In this document: piece after piece, positions 54,056-64,000 of the stretch | How the letters are laid out: each line of letters begins with the position of its first letter | Position numbering within the stretch: position 1 is the stretch's first letter | Assembly: GCF_009914755.1 (NCBI RefSeq) | Contig: NC_060925.1 | Length of the DNA: 64,000 bases | Strand: one strand, 5' to 3' | From: the human T2T-CHM13v2.0 reference genome, Homo sapiens | Position numbers and translations under genes: made by a program | The notes under the pieces: model-generated | The model's database searches: none | The model's input: the letters and a program-made list of their open reading frames with translations, nothing else | Told to the model about the DNA's origin: nothing

Positions 54056-55184
54056 CTGAGTTTGGTGGAGTTTGGCAGCTGCATCAGTGAGCAAGCACCT
54101 CTCAACACAGAAATAGAAGTGTGGTCCCCTTTTCACATCACGGGCCCCAAAACAGAAGCAGCCCACAGTGGTGAGGGGCTTGGCCCTGCCGAAAGCAGCT
54201 CAGGGAGGGCTGCAGGAGTGAAATGACTATGTCCGCACCGTGGCATCCCTGGCTGGGAGCCCAGGACCAGTGCTCAGGGTGCCTGGGCCAGGTGTGCGGT
54301 AGTCTCATGGCATGGCCTGACCTTTTCTGACCCAAACTCCTCAGCAGGGGCTTGTCTGGACCAAGATTCAGCAGCAAGTAATGCCCTCCTGGGTCAATGT
54401 CTCCCAAGCTAAGCTCTTTCTCTCCAACTCACAAATGTTTACGGAGGGTCTAGGGCAGAACAGAGATGGCTGGATTTGGAGGGCCTGCCGTGAGTGGAAC
54501 CCAAGACAGAGAGGCTCCCTCCTGTCTCTGAGACTACATCCTGCTGAGTTCATGGAGGTTTTGTTTTCCTGGGATTCAGACGCTTAGGTTCTGTGCAAGA
54601 AGAGTGCAGATGCCAAATTTGTGAGATGCTGGGTTAAGCAAACCTTCTGAAACAAGTTTGCTTTCTGGAGGCCTCTCAAACCTGAGCTTTGTGACTCTCC
54701 AGGAGGGAACTAAGCTTCCTACAAAGAATTCCCACCTTGATTTGAGCAGAGAATCCTTGTGGGTTTTCCCAGAATGCTGAGAAGGGTCTTTGGGGAGGGT
54801 AGGGAGCCTGCAGTGCCCCCTCCAAGTGTGGAACCTCAGGCTGCCCCTAGCCCTCCCTAGCCTCATCTCTGTCATGCAGCCACACCTGCCTGCCCCCAGC
54901 CCTTTCCCCCATGCCTGTGGCAGAGCCGGGGGTTCCCTGGAATGAGATGAGAGCCTGACACAGAGGCTCACACATGAGTCGTTGTTTGGGGAGGTGATAA
55001 GGGAGCCCGAGCGAGGCTGGGAGGATTTCATGTGGCTCCTGGAGACATCTGATTCTCTGTGTCAGTGGAGGCCGCCTCACTTCTGGTCTTTCTCTCAGAA
55101 GATCCTTTCCTTTGCCTTCAGCACAGACCCCTCCCCTTTCCGCCTCCCCTGTCAGTGAGCTATGCCTTGAAATGCCACAAACAG

Positions 55185-55500
55185 CACCAGACCCAGGGGC
55201 ATGCAGTGCTACCAGTGTATTGCTGGGGCTCACTCACATGCCCCCGGGTGGCCAGCTGTTCGCTGATCTGGGCTGGCTTCAGCTGGGGGCTAGGGCTGTC
55301 AGCTGTGGCCCATGGGTCTCTCAGTCTCCCGTGGGCTGGGCTGGGCATGTTCTCACTATGATGGCAAACGGACAAAATGGCCAGCCTCATGCACCACCTT
55401 GCTCCCAACACTGGCCCAGCCCACAGACAACTGCAAAGCATCCTGGCATGAGTGTGGCTGGAGGGGGTGAGGATTTGGGATCACCATGGAAACACATCAC
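55185..55500 (-). mobile_element. Old MaLR LTR fragment (MLT1F/H-like)
   Basis: ggggctcactcacatg...ctgggctggcttcagctggg...gggcatgttctc..tgatggca. Confidence 0.45.
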
Positions 55501-55774
55501 AGGTACCTGGGGAGTGGGTCTACTACAGACACTCATGGTACCTCCTGTTGTAGAAGCTCTTGTCACAGGTGCACTTGCATGAGTATTTGTGATTGGTTGG
55601 TTGGTGTCCTCATCACCCTGGTTTGTAGCCTGTTCTGGATGGGGACACTGCTTGCTTTTGTTCCCCTACTGCAGCCTTTGGGTCTAGCCCAGTGCCTGCA
55701 CACAGTAGGTCCTGAATAAGCAGTTATTGAATGAGTGAAGAGTGCTTTTCTATAATATCTTGAGGCAAGGTGTG

Positions 55775-56152
55775 TGATATGCTTTTGCTGTGTCCCCACC
55801 CAAATCTCCTCTTGAATTGTAGTTCCTGTAATCCCTACCTGTTGTGGGAGGGACCCGTGGGAGGCAGAATTTAATCATGGAAGTGATCACCCTCATGCTG
55901 TTTCTGTGATAATGAGTGAGTTCTCATTCTCATGAGATCTGATGGTTTTATAAGGGGTTTTCTCCCTTTTGCTCTGCACTTGTCTTTCCTGCCGCCATGT
56001 GAAGAAGGACATGTTTGCCTCCCCTTCCTGAATGTAAGTTTCCTGAGGCCTCCCCAGTGATGTGTAACTGTGAGTCAGTTAGACATGTTTCCCTTATAAA
56101 TTACCCAGTCTCAGTTATGTCTTTATCAGTGATGTGAGAACAGACTAATATA
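55775..56152 (+). mobile_element. THE1-type solo LTR (MaLR) with 5-bp TSD GTGTG
   Basis: tgatat...gctgtgtccccacccaaatctc.tcttgaattgtag...taaattacccagtctc...gactaata; TSD at 55770-55774 and 56153-56157. Confidence 0.9.
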
Positions 56153-56240
56153 GTGTGTCACTCTTCAATCATGTCTCCTTGGGAGACTGTCAGATCCTAT
56201 ACGAGCATGAGAAAGAAGCATCAGGGGCTGGCATAGGAAG

Positions 56241-56623
56241 TGCATTAGTCCATTCTCACACTGCTGTAAAGAAATACCCGAGACTGGGTAATTTATAAAG
56301 AAAAGAGGTTTCATCAACTCACAGTTCTGCATGGCTGGGGTGGCCTCAGGAAACTTACAATCATGGCAGAAGTTGACGAGGAAGCAAGGCACCTTCTTCA
56401 CAAGGTGGCAGGAAGGAGAAATGCCGAGTGAAGCGGGGAAAGAGCCCCTTATAAAACCATCAGGTCTCGTGAGAACTCACTACCATGAGAACAGCAAGGG
56501 GGAAACCACCCCAACCCCCATGATTCAATTACCCCCACTTGGTCTCTCCCTTGACAAGTGGGGATTATGGGGCTTACAATTCAAGATGAGATTTGGGTGG
56601 GGACACAAAACCTAACCATCTCA
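56241..56623 (-). mobile_element. THE1D/MSTA-type solo LTR (MaLR)
   Basis: attagtccattctcacactgct..aaagaaatacccgagactgggtaatttataaagaaaagagg...gagatttgggtggggacaca...ccatctca; TSD GGAAG/GGAGG. Confidence 0.9.
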
Positions 56624-58087
56624 GGAGGTCCTATGGGCATAGCATGGAGACACGATCCCACCCAACCCTGTGCTGGAGAGTGTGGTGCATACGTCAGGCT
56701 GCTGCTCGATTGACAGCACAGCTCCCAGGACAGCCGGCGTGCAGAGGAGCTGAAGGCAGCTTCTCAGGGCTGAGTCCCAGACGCTGCTCTTCCCTCTACC
56801 CGAGATCCCAGGACAGAGCGGATCACTCTCTTGCCCCGAGCTGGATGCTGGGTTACAGGCTTTCTGTGCACTCTGCAAACTCCAGAGTACTTCTGAAGAT
56901 GGCCAGCACCAGAGCTCAGGTCGGGATGCAGGTTGAACCAGCTCCAAACTTGGTCACGTTCATTATATTGGTCACTGACCCGTGACTGTTTCTGTCTGCA
57001 GCCACTGCAGGTAAGGAGCCTTCTTTTTGGCCTGCTGGCACACCCTCTGGTACTCAGCTGGTGTCTGAGAATCCCTTGCTCCTCCTTCTCGTGTGTTGAC
57101 TCTGAAAGGTGTGCATAGACCTGCTCCTCTTAGATGGGGCCGCTGGATGGCACATCAGTCCTGCACCAGGGTCGGTGTTGAAACATCACTAAAACTAAGG
57201 CCATGATGAGAGCTTGAAACACAGGGAGGCAAATGTCTTATAGTCTGTTTAATTTGGTTAGGTGTCTGGGAGACAGGGAGCATATTTTGAAAGACGGTTC
57301 AAAATAAAAATATTGGAGGAATCTGGCCTCTGGGGCTGGAAGCTGGATGGACTGATGTTAGTCCCAATTTGCAGAATGTCTGCTCTGGACCACTGACTGC
57401 ATTGGGTGTGCCCAGCCCCGTGTCTTCTGCTCCAGGGAGCTGGCTCAAGCCTCTGCATAGACTCTGCAGTGACCATAACCAGGGTGAGGCCACTGTTCTT
57501 TGAGGACCTTCTGTACGGGGGCCTCTGGACTGGGTGCCTTCCTTCCATGGCTTCTCCCACCTACACCAGGCACATGTCTGCTGAATGGAAACTGAAGTCA
57601 CAGCACCATGCCTCCAAGAGCGAGGTGCAGGCAGGCTTTTTGGAGGGGGAGCCTTGCCATTTGTTTAGAGGTTTGATGTACTGACCATTTTATAAGCTAA
57701 ACGTAGGCTCTGAAGACAGTGGGTGCGGTGGTGCTGGTGGCGCTGGGAGTTGTCAGAAGGGACTCTGCTGCTAACACGCAGGGCCCAGCCCCTCCCGCCA
57801 GGCTCCAGCTGTGGATGGAGCATCTCTGCAGCAGAAGGCCCCTCAGCTGGTTCAAAGCCTCCCTGGCCATAGGGTGTCTCTTCCCCAAACCCTGAACCTC
57901 TCCTTAGCATGCAGCGAGGCCGACTTCCTTCCCCCCAGCACTGGCCTTCAGAGCCATCATCTTTTGTGGAACTTCTCAAATGATAGCAGAAGTTCAGTGA
58001 AAGAAATGGGTCATTTCCCTAACGGCCACCAAGCTCAAAGTTGAGTATCAGTGGCTTCTGTTCTTACACAAGCCAAAAATTCAGGCC

Positions 58088-58343
58088 GTGTGTGAGTCTC
58101 TGTGAGTGAGCCTGTGTGTGTGTGCATGTGTGTGTGAATATGTAAGTGTGTGTGAGCATGTGTATGAGTGTGTGAGCATGTGTGTCCGTGTATGTGTGAG
58201 TGTGTGTGTGCATGTGCGGGCATGAGTGTGTATATGAGTGTGTGTGAACGTGTGTGAGTCTGTGTGTGTGTATGAGTGTGTGTGCATGTGTGTGTATGTG
58301 AGTGTGTTCATGCATGTGTGTTCATGCATGTGTTCATGCATGC
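58088..58343. repeat. Degenerate (TG)n-rich tract
   Basis: Directly visible. Confidence 0.93.
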
Positions 58344-58822
58344 TTTGGAAGCTGCCCTGGAACCACTGAATGCTCTCTCTGAGGGGGTTTCTGCTTCTTC
58401 CAGCACTGGACTTTCTGCTCCGGAGAAGGTGCTGCTGCCTGTCACGGAGCAGATCTGACTCCCCCGCCCCTGGGATGGCCCAGGGTCCATGGCTGGGGAG
58501 CCACATTTCCCGGCCACGATGCAGCATTCTGATCCCCTCCCATCTGTTGGGCCGCATTCTCTGAATGCAGGTCAGAAGGAGCAGATGGACAGGGCCTGGC
58601 TTCCTTCCGCCTGTAACCCATTTCATAGTCATTATATTCAATTCAGCAATGTGTCTAAGCGTTTCTGTTTGCCACAAGGGGCGAATATGCAGGCTTGGCC
58701 TTCGCCAAGGCGTGTGGCCACACCATGGAGGGGGCCCGTGAGCAGAGGCTGCCCATCTGTGCCCCCCTACAGTCATGCCATACATAAAGTGCCCACTCTG
58801 GGATTCTTGGGGTCCTGTAGGC

Positions 58823-58892
58823 CAGGAGTCACAAACTTTTCCTAAAGGACTAGATGTACATATTTGAGATTTACAGGTTGTGCAGTCTCCAT
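58823..58892 (-). mobile_element. MER58A-like fragment
   Basis: caggagtcacaaacttttcctaaagg..tagat.tacatattt. Confidence 0.5.
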
Positions 58893-59485
58893 GTGAAATG
58901 TGCATTGAGATCATGGCCCCGAAGGGTGCTGTTGGGTGATTCATGATCTTGCAAACGTGAAGTGAGGGCTCTGTGCCCCCTTGACCCTAACTGAACCCCC
59001 AGGGTGCCCGAACCTTTGGAAAGCCTTTTAACTCAGAGGGTAAATCTCACTGCCAGTGAATTCATTTCCCAAGCTCTCTACCCACCTCGTCCTCACCCCA
59101 TTCCCGGTGCCCCTGCTGAGAATCCCAGATTTGAATGCAGCAGTGCTGAGATTTTGCCAAGAAGATGGCCCTGAGAAGGAAAGGTGGATTGATGCCTTGG
59201 TTTAGGCTTGCAGCTGGGTGGCATGGGGTCTTTCTAGCAAAGACTTGTCCCCTGGGCTCTCTCTGAGTCCCGTCTGTAACACTCTGTGTTCTCTAGTTCA
59301 GAGCAATCTCCAAATACAAAGAAACCCATGGGTGACATTGGTAGCCAGTCCTAGGGTCAGGGGACATGAGTACAACTTCAGGTCCCTTCTGGAGCCCACA
59401 GCCAGACAGATCTCCAAGTCTCCCTGGACCATGATGCCATGGCCATTGGCCATCGGCCATTTCTGTGCAGAGAACAATCAGAATC

Positions 59486-59944
59486 TGTATTAGTCAGGGT
59501 TCTCTAGAGGGACAGAACTAACAGGATTGATGTATATATAAGGGGAGTTTATTAAGGGGAATTGACTCGCACGTTCACAAGATGAGGTCCCACAATTCCC
59601 ACAATAGGCCGTCTGCAAGCTGAGGAGCAAGGAAGCCAGTCTGAGTCCAAAAGCTGAAGAACTTGGAGTCCGATGTTTGAGGGCAGGAAGCATCCAACAT
59701 GGGAGAAAGATGGAGGCCAGAAGACTAAACCCATCTAGTCTTCTCACATTCTTCTGCCTGCTTTTATTCTGGCTGTGCTAGCAGCTGATTAGATTGTGCC
59801 CACCCAGACTGAGGATGGGTCTGCCTTTCCTAGGCCATTGACTCAAATGTTAATCTCCTTTGGTGACACCCTCGCAGACCCATCAGAAACAACACTTTGC
59901 ATCCTTCAGTCCAATCGACTTGACACTTAATATTAACCATCACA
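59486..59944 (-). mobile_element. ERVL LTR (MLT2A-like)
   Basis: tgtattagtcagggttctctagagggacagaacta...gcaagctgaggagcaaggaagccagt...tattaaccatcaca. Confidence 0.9.
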
Positions 59945-60075
59945 AGTCCACCCCTTGTCAACTTGAGCCCATACACATCTCCTGAAATTATACATAATCT
60001 TCAGATAAAGACAATAACAAGGTCTTAGTTATACCTAACATAATGCAACTATCCTTCATACAACCCTCCAAAACG
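59945..60075 (-). mobile_element. HERV-L internal 3' remnant with polypurine tract
   Basis: The minus strand reads ...ttgacAAGGGGTGGAct immediately before the LTR TGTGATGG, marking this as the 3' LTR. Confidence 0.7.
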
Positions 60076-60149
60076 CTGCGCAGGACAGCAGTGAGGGGCT
60101 GAAGCCTGGAGCAAGCCTGTTGAATTCTGTGTCTGCCATGTCTTAGCTG

Positions 60150-60680
60150 TGTGTGCAGTACAGGGTTAATTTTGCCCAAAGAAATGTCCTTGCCCCCAAT
60201 TCCCTCAGGAATGTCCTCAGGAATGTCCTGCCTGAGAAGTGTCTTTTTTGCCTGGGGGCCTTGGGCCTGGCCAGATAATACAACGGTACAACTTATGGTG
60301 GGAACTAGGGCCGTGGGGTATTGTGGTATTAGCTTGACCTTCAGAGGGGCTGGAGACTGGGGTCAGCCATGCCAAGGGTCACCTGTGGCAGAGCCCAGCA
60401 CAAACTCTGGGCGTCAAGGCCCAAGGGAGCTTCCCCGATATTTCATGCGTATTGTCACACATCATTGCTGGGATGAGACAGTGCTGTCTACATTTCTCCA
60501 CTGCAAGATGACATCCGGAAGTGCCTGGTCTCCCCTGGACTCTGTCCCATGCCTGTCTTCCTGGTGCTCATCCTTGTGCTGTGATAAACTATAACCAAGA
60601 ATATAATGGCTTTCTGAGTTCTGTGAGTCTCCCTGCTGAATTATTAAGCCTGAGGGTGATTGTGGGGACCCCAAATGGCA
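60150..60680 (+). mobile_element. ERVL LTR (MER77/MER68/MER21 family) inserted in a MIR
   Basis: gaatgtcctgcctga...gcctgggggccttgggcc...gaggggctggagact...ttctgagttctgtgagtc...cctgagggtg..tggggacccc. Confidence 0.65.
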
Positions 60681-61024
60681 CTGTGCAACCTTGGGAAAAT
60701 CCCTTAACCTCCTTCTGGACTTGGGGAACATATTTGTGCCCACTTCATGGTGCTGTAGTGAGCTGTAAATGCGCTAATTCACTTGGCACGAGGCTTGGCA
60801 CCCTCTACCAAGAAACTTGGGGTGACTCCATGTTATGGACCTCTACAGTGGCTCCAAGGTGTTAGCCCCATGACCTCTCTCCCTCCCTGGCTTTGTTATT
60901 GATAAGGAAAGCGTTGGAGGGAGAAGGGGTGTTAAAAGGAAACAACCAGGGATGGGCTCACACCTCACCCTCTGAGGCACACTGGGGGTGACCCTCCAAC
61001 CCAAGGCTTCAGCTGCAGTGATAT

Positions 61025-61170
61025 CTGTCCTGTGGGCTTGTCTTGTGCCTCAGAGGCCTCTGCCAGCATCTTTGGCCCTTACCCATTAGATGCAGAACCA
61101 CTCCCACCCACAGCTGTGACCACCCAAAGTGTCTCCAGACATTCCAGATGTCCCTGGCTGAGGACCACTG
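61025..61170 (-). mobile_element. MER20 hAT-Charlie fragment
   Basis: cagcatctttggcc..tacccattagatgc...gtgaccacccaaagtgtctccagacatt...ctgaggaccactg. Confidence 0.75.
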
Positions 61171-61397
61171 CTCCACCTGCCTAGGCCCTTTGGGGCAATT
61201 CCCTGGGGACTGCCCTTCACTGTGTTGTTGTGACCAAGCCGAGTCCTGTGAGATGTCAGCAAAGCATTTCCTTAGGGGGAGTTCTGTTTCTGTAGCATGT
61301 GATCCTGTCCCAAGCCGGAAGGACTTCCGACGAGAGGAGACTTCATCTCCACGTAGTGTTGGCTTGAAGCACTTCCCTGAGCCAGGCCATCACCCAC

Positions 61398-62144
61398 TGT
61401 GATGGTGAATTTTATGCACCAACTTGACTGAGCTGAGGAATGCCCAGAGAGCTGGTAAAGCATGGTTTCTGGGGGTGTCTGTGAAGGTGTTTCTGGAAGA
61501 GATTGGCACGTGAAATAATGGACTGAGTCTGGAAGATCCGCATTCAGCCATGTGGGTGGGCAGTATCCAATCTGTTGAGGGCCCAGGCAGAACCAAAAAG
61601 ACAAAGAAAGGGCAAATTCTCTTCTCTCCCTCTCCCTCCCTCCTCTCCCTCTCTTTCTCTACGCCCTTTCTCCCTCTCCCTCTGTCTCTCTCTTCCTCCC
61701 TCTCTCCCTCATCTCTCTCCCTGCCTTTCTCCCTCTCCCCCTCCCCCTCTCTCCTCTTTGTCTCCCTCTTCTCCAACCTCCCCCTCCCTCCCTCTTTCTC
61801 CCCCACTTTCTCCCTCTCCGCCTCCCTCTCCTTCTCTCCCTCTCCCCACACCTTCCAAGGTTCCTGGTTCTTGGGCCTTTAGACTCTGGTACTTCCACCA
61901 GTGTCCCTGCCCACTGACCTGAACCCCCTGTGGTGTAGATGGAGCTGGGACATCCATCTTCTCCTGCCCTTGGCCTTGGACTGAGTGACACCACCAACTT
62001 TCCTGGTTCTCCAGCTTGTAGACAGAAGACCATGGGATTTTTCGGCCTTCATAATCACATGAGCCAATCCCATGATAAATCTCTTCTTATAGATCTCTCT
62101 ATATTTCATTGGTTTTGTTTCTCTGGAGAACCCTGACGAATACA
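61398..62144 (+). mobile_element. ERVL solo LTR (MLT2B/C/D-like) with an expanded internal CT tract
   Basis: tgtgatggtgaattttatg..caacttgact...tctggagaaccctgacgaataca. Confidence 0.85.
61617..61848. repeat. ~230-bp polypyrimidine (CT-rich) tract
   Basis: Directly visible. Confidence 0.93.
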
Positions 62145-63395
62145 TTCACCCCTTGGAAGACTCTGCGGGGTCACTCAGAAAACAGCACACTCCTTTGTGT
62201 CCCTGACATAAAAGCTGGTGGCCTTGTTCTGCTGTGAGCATCCCAGTTTTGGAAGATGCATTTTTTCTTAGCAGCCTGTTCCCAGGAGGTGAGCAACTGA
62301 CTCAGACGAAGCCTAATCCCTGAGGTTCCTCCAACTCCAGCAAGCCAAGCTGCCTCTGATCTGTCCACCACTGGGCACTGTGAGCTTCACCCTAGTCAGG
62401 CCAACGTGTTCCCAGAGACTCTTTTTCAAGGACTGCTGTGAAATTTACATTTTGCAGGTCTCTGTGGAAAATGAATGGCTTTTTTGGGATGGAATTGGCA
62501 CTTTGAGTCCCAATGTCACCTGTCACCTATCAAACTTACACTTGTTGCATGACAGACATTTTTGTGTCCAGTGACCATGGCTCTTTGTTTGCATAATTCA
62601 GACGCTCCCGATTTCTGCATTGTGAAATCAGCTGTGATACGCACAGCAATGTCATCTGTTTGCCTTGGCCAATTCCAGGACCATCACTCCCGCCATCATC
62701 CAAGTGTACCAGCCAAACGTGCCTCACGTCCTAGAAAGAAAGCACGTGATGGGTTTGTTTTTGCCATGGACAATGGCCCGTATTTGATTCAGCTTCATTT
62801 AATAAGACCTTGTTCAGACCCAGAGATGGATTACAAACTTCCACATCAATCTTCAGGGCCTGATCTTATTACAAACCACCACAAATATAACCATAAAAGC
62901 CCTATTGATTGATGCAGAGCTTGGTAATCCATCTGTCCCCATCCATTATTTTGGGGATAATTTTTCATCATCTGGATGGCAGCTGATTCCTCACGCATTA
63001 GTATACAGTGGCGATTAACAGAAGCAGAAAAAGCCCCCAAATTAGCAGAATAACACCTGTCAGGAAGGGGAAGCAAGAATTCCCACACAGCCTGCTTCTG
63101 AGCTCTGGGACCAGGTCTGAATTGCAAAGAGTTTGAAGATGTGATTCAGTGTTGACCTTGGAAGTGGAGAGGGAAAAGTTTGCTTGTTTGTTCCTTCCTT
63201 GGGGGCATAGAGAGTGTGCTCCCTTTAGGTGACATCATTGTCAATCTAGTCATAGCCCCTGGACAGCTGACATGGAAACTTTTCCAGGATTGCTCAGGGG
63301 CAGCAGGGTTTATGGGACAGGTGTTCCTGCCCGAGGTAGCTAATAGCCACCAGAGACTTGACCAGAGGGAATGTTATTTAAGGCGAGAGTATTGA

Positions 63396-63440
63396 GAGAG
63401 ACATGAGTGAAGAAGGAGAGACATGAGTGAAGAAGGAGGA
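63396..63440. repeat. Tandem duplication, 2 x about 20 bp (core GAGACATGAGTGAAGAAGGA)
   Basis: Directly visible. Confidence 0.88.
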
Positions 63441-64000
63441 GAAAAGTCAAAGCCTCCTGAGAATGGTGCCATTTGCATAGTGTGGGAAAAGTCCTTTCCA
63501 CAGACCAATAAGATATGGTCTCTCTCTACACAATGATTCCATAATCTGAACATTCTTGTGTTTGGCAAGATGCTATTTCTTTTAAACATGGAGAAAATGG
63601 AGATAGACATGGCTGAAATAGTTCTAAGAGCCATCGAAGGAATCAAACTGGTACATTTCTTTCTGAGTTTTGATTTCCAAAAATCAAAAATCCTGTGTAA
63701 TTGACTTCTCAAGGGAAACCTTCATGCAAAGTGACTTATTATCAAGTGGCTTCATATGGACAAACCCAGCAGGGTGAGGCCACTGCTGCTGGGTGTTAAG
63801 ACCCAGCCATAAACTAGAGGCTGTGGGTCTCTCTGAAACCACCTTGACAGTGACCAGTGAAGAGCCCAGCACACAGCAAAGCTTTGATGGTGGAGGAGCA
63901 AGGTTCTAATCCTTCAAACTAAAAGATTGCAGTTTGATTCCAAGCATTAACCGATCATCCAAAACTAAGAATATGCTTTTATTTAATCTATAAGCAGAGC

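Overview
This is eukaryotic (human or great-ape) genomic DNA, not prokaryotic. The only protein-coding segment I can support is an 800-nt internal exon on the + strand (9663-10462). I recognise it as exon 2 of AJAP1 (SHREW1, 1p36). It encodes most of the signal peptide and the ectodomain, including the furin-like RRGKR site and the FIAWGP GABA-B sushi-domain-binding motif. The rest of the window is the end of intron 1 (1-9662) and most of the long intron 2 (10463-64000); the transmembrane-coding exon 3 is not in the window. The introns hold eight full-length Alus, a 5'-inverted L1PA with intact target-site duplications (TSDs), old L1M/L2/MIR fragments, MaLR/ERVL/ERV1 LTRs, MER DNA transposons, minisatellites and CA/TG/GAT tracts. 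Nearly all other six-frame ORFs are chance or repeat-derived. I see no confirmed new biological system. The best leads are a 147-bp inverted duplication that I cannot assign to a repeat family (34.8/37.0 kb) and inverted Alus around exon 2, whose back-spliced circle would encode a signal-peptide-bearing, transmembrane-less 283-aa ectodomain. Further leads are a candidate CpG-island alternative first exon, a candidate TDP-43-repressed poison exon, and a tail-to-tail THE1/MST LTR hairpin. Repeat subfamily calls come from remembered consensus sequences and need RepeatMasker/Dfam confirmation.
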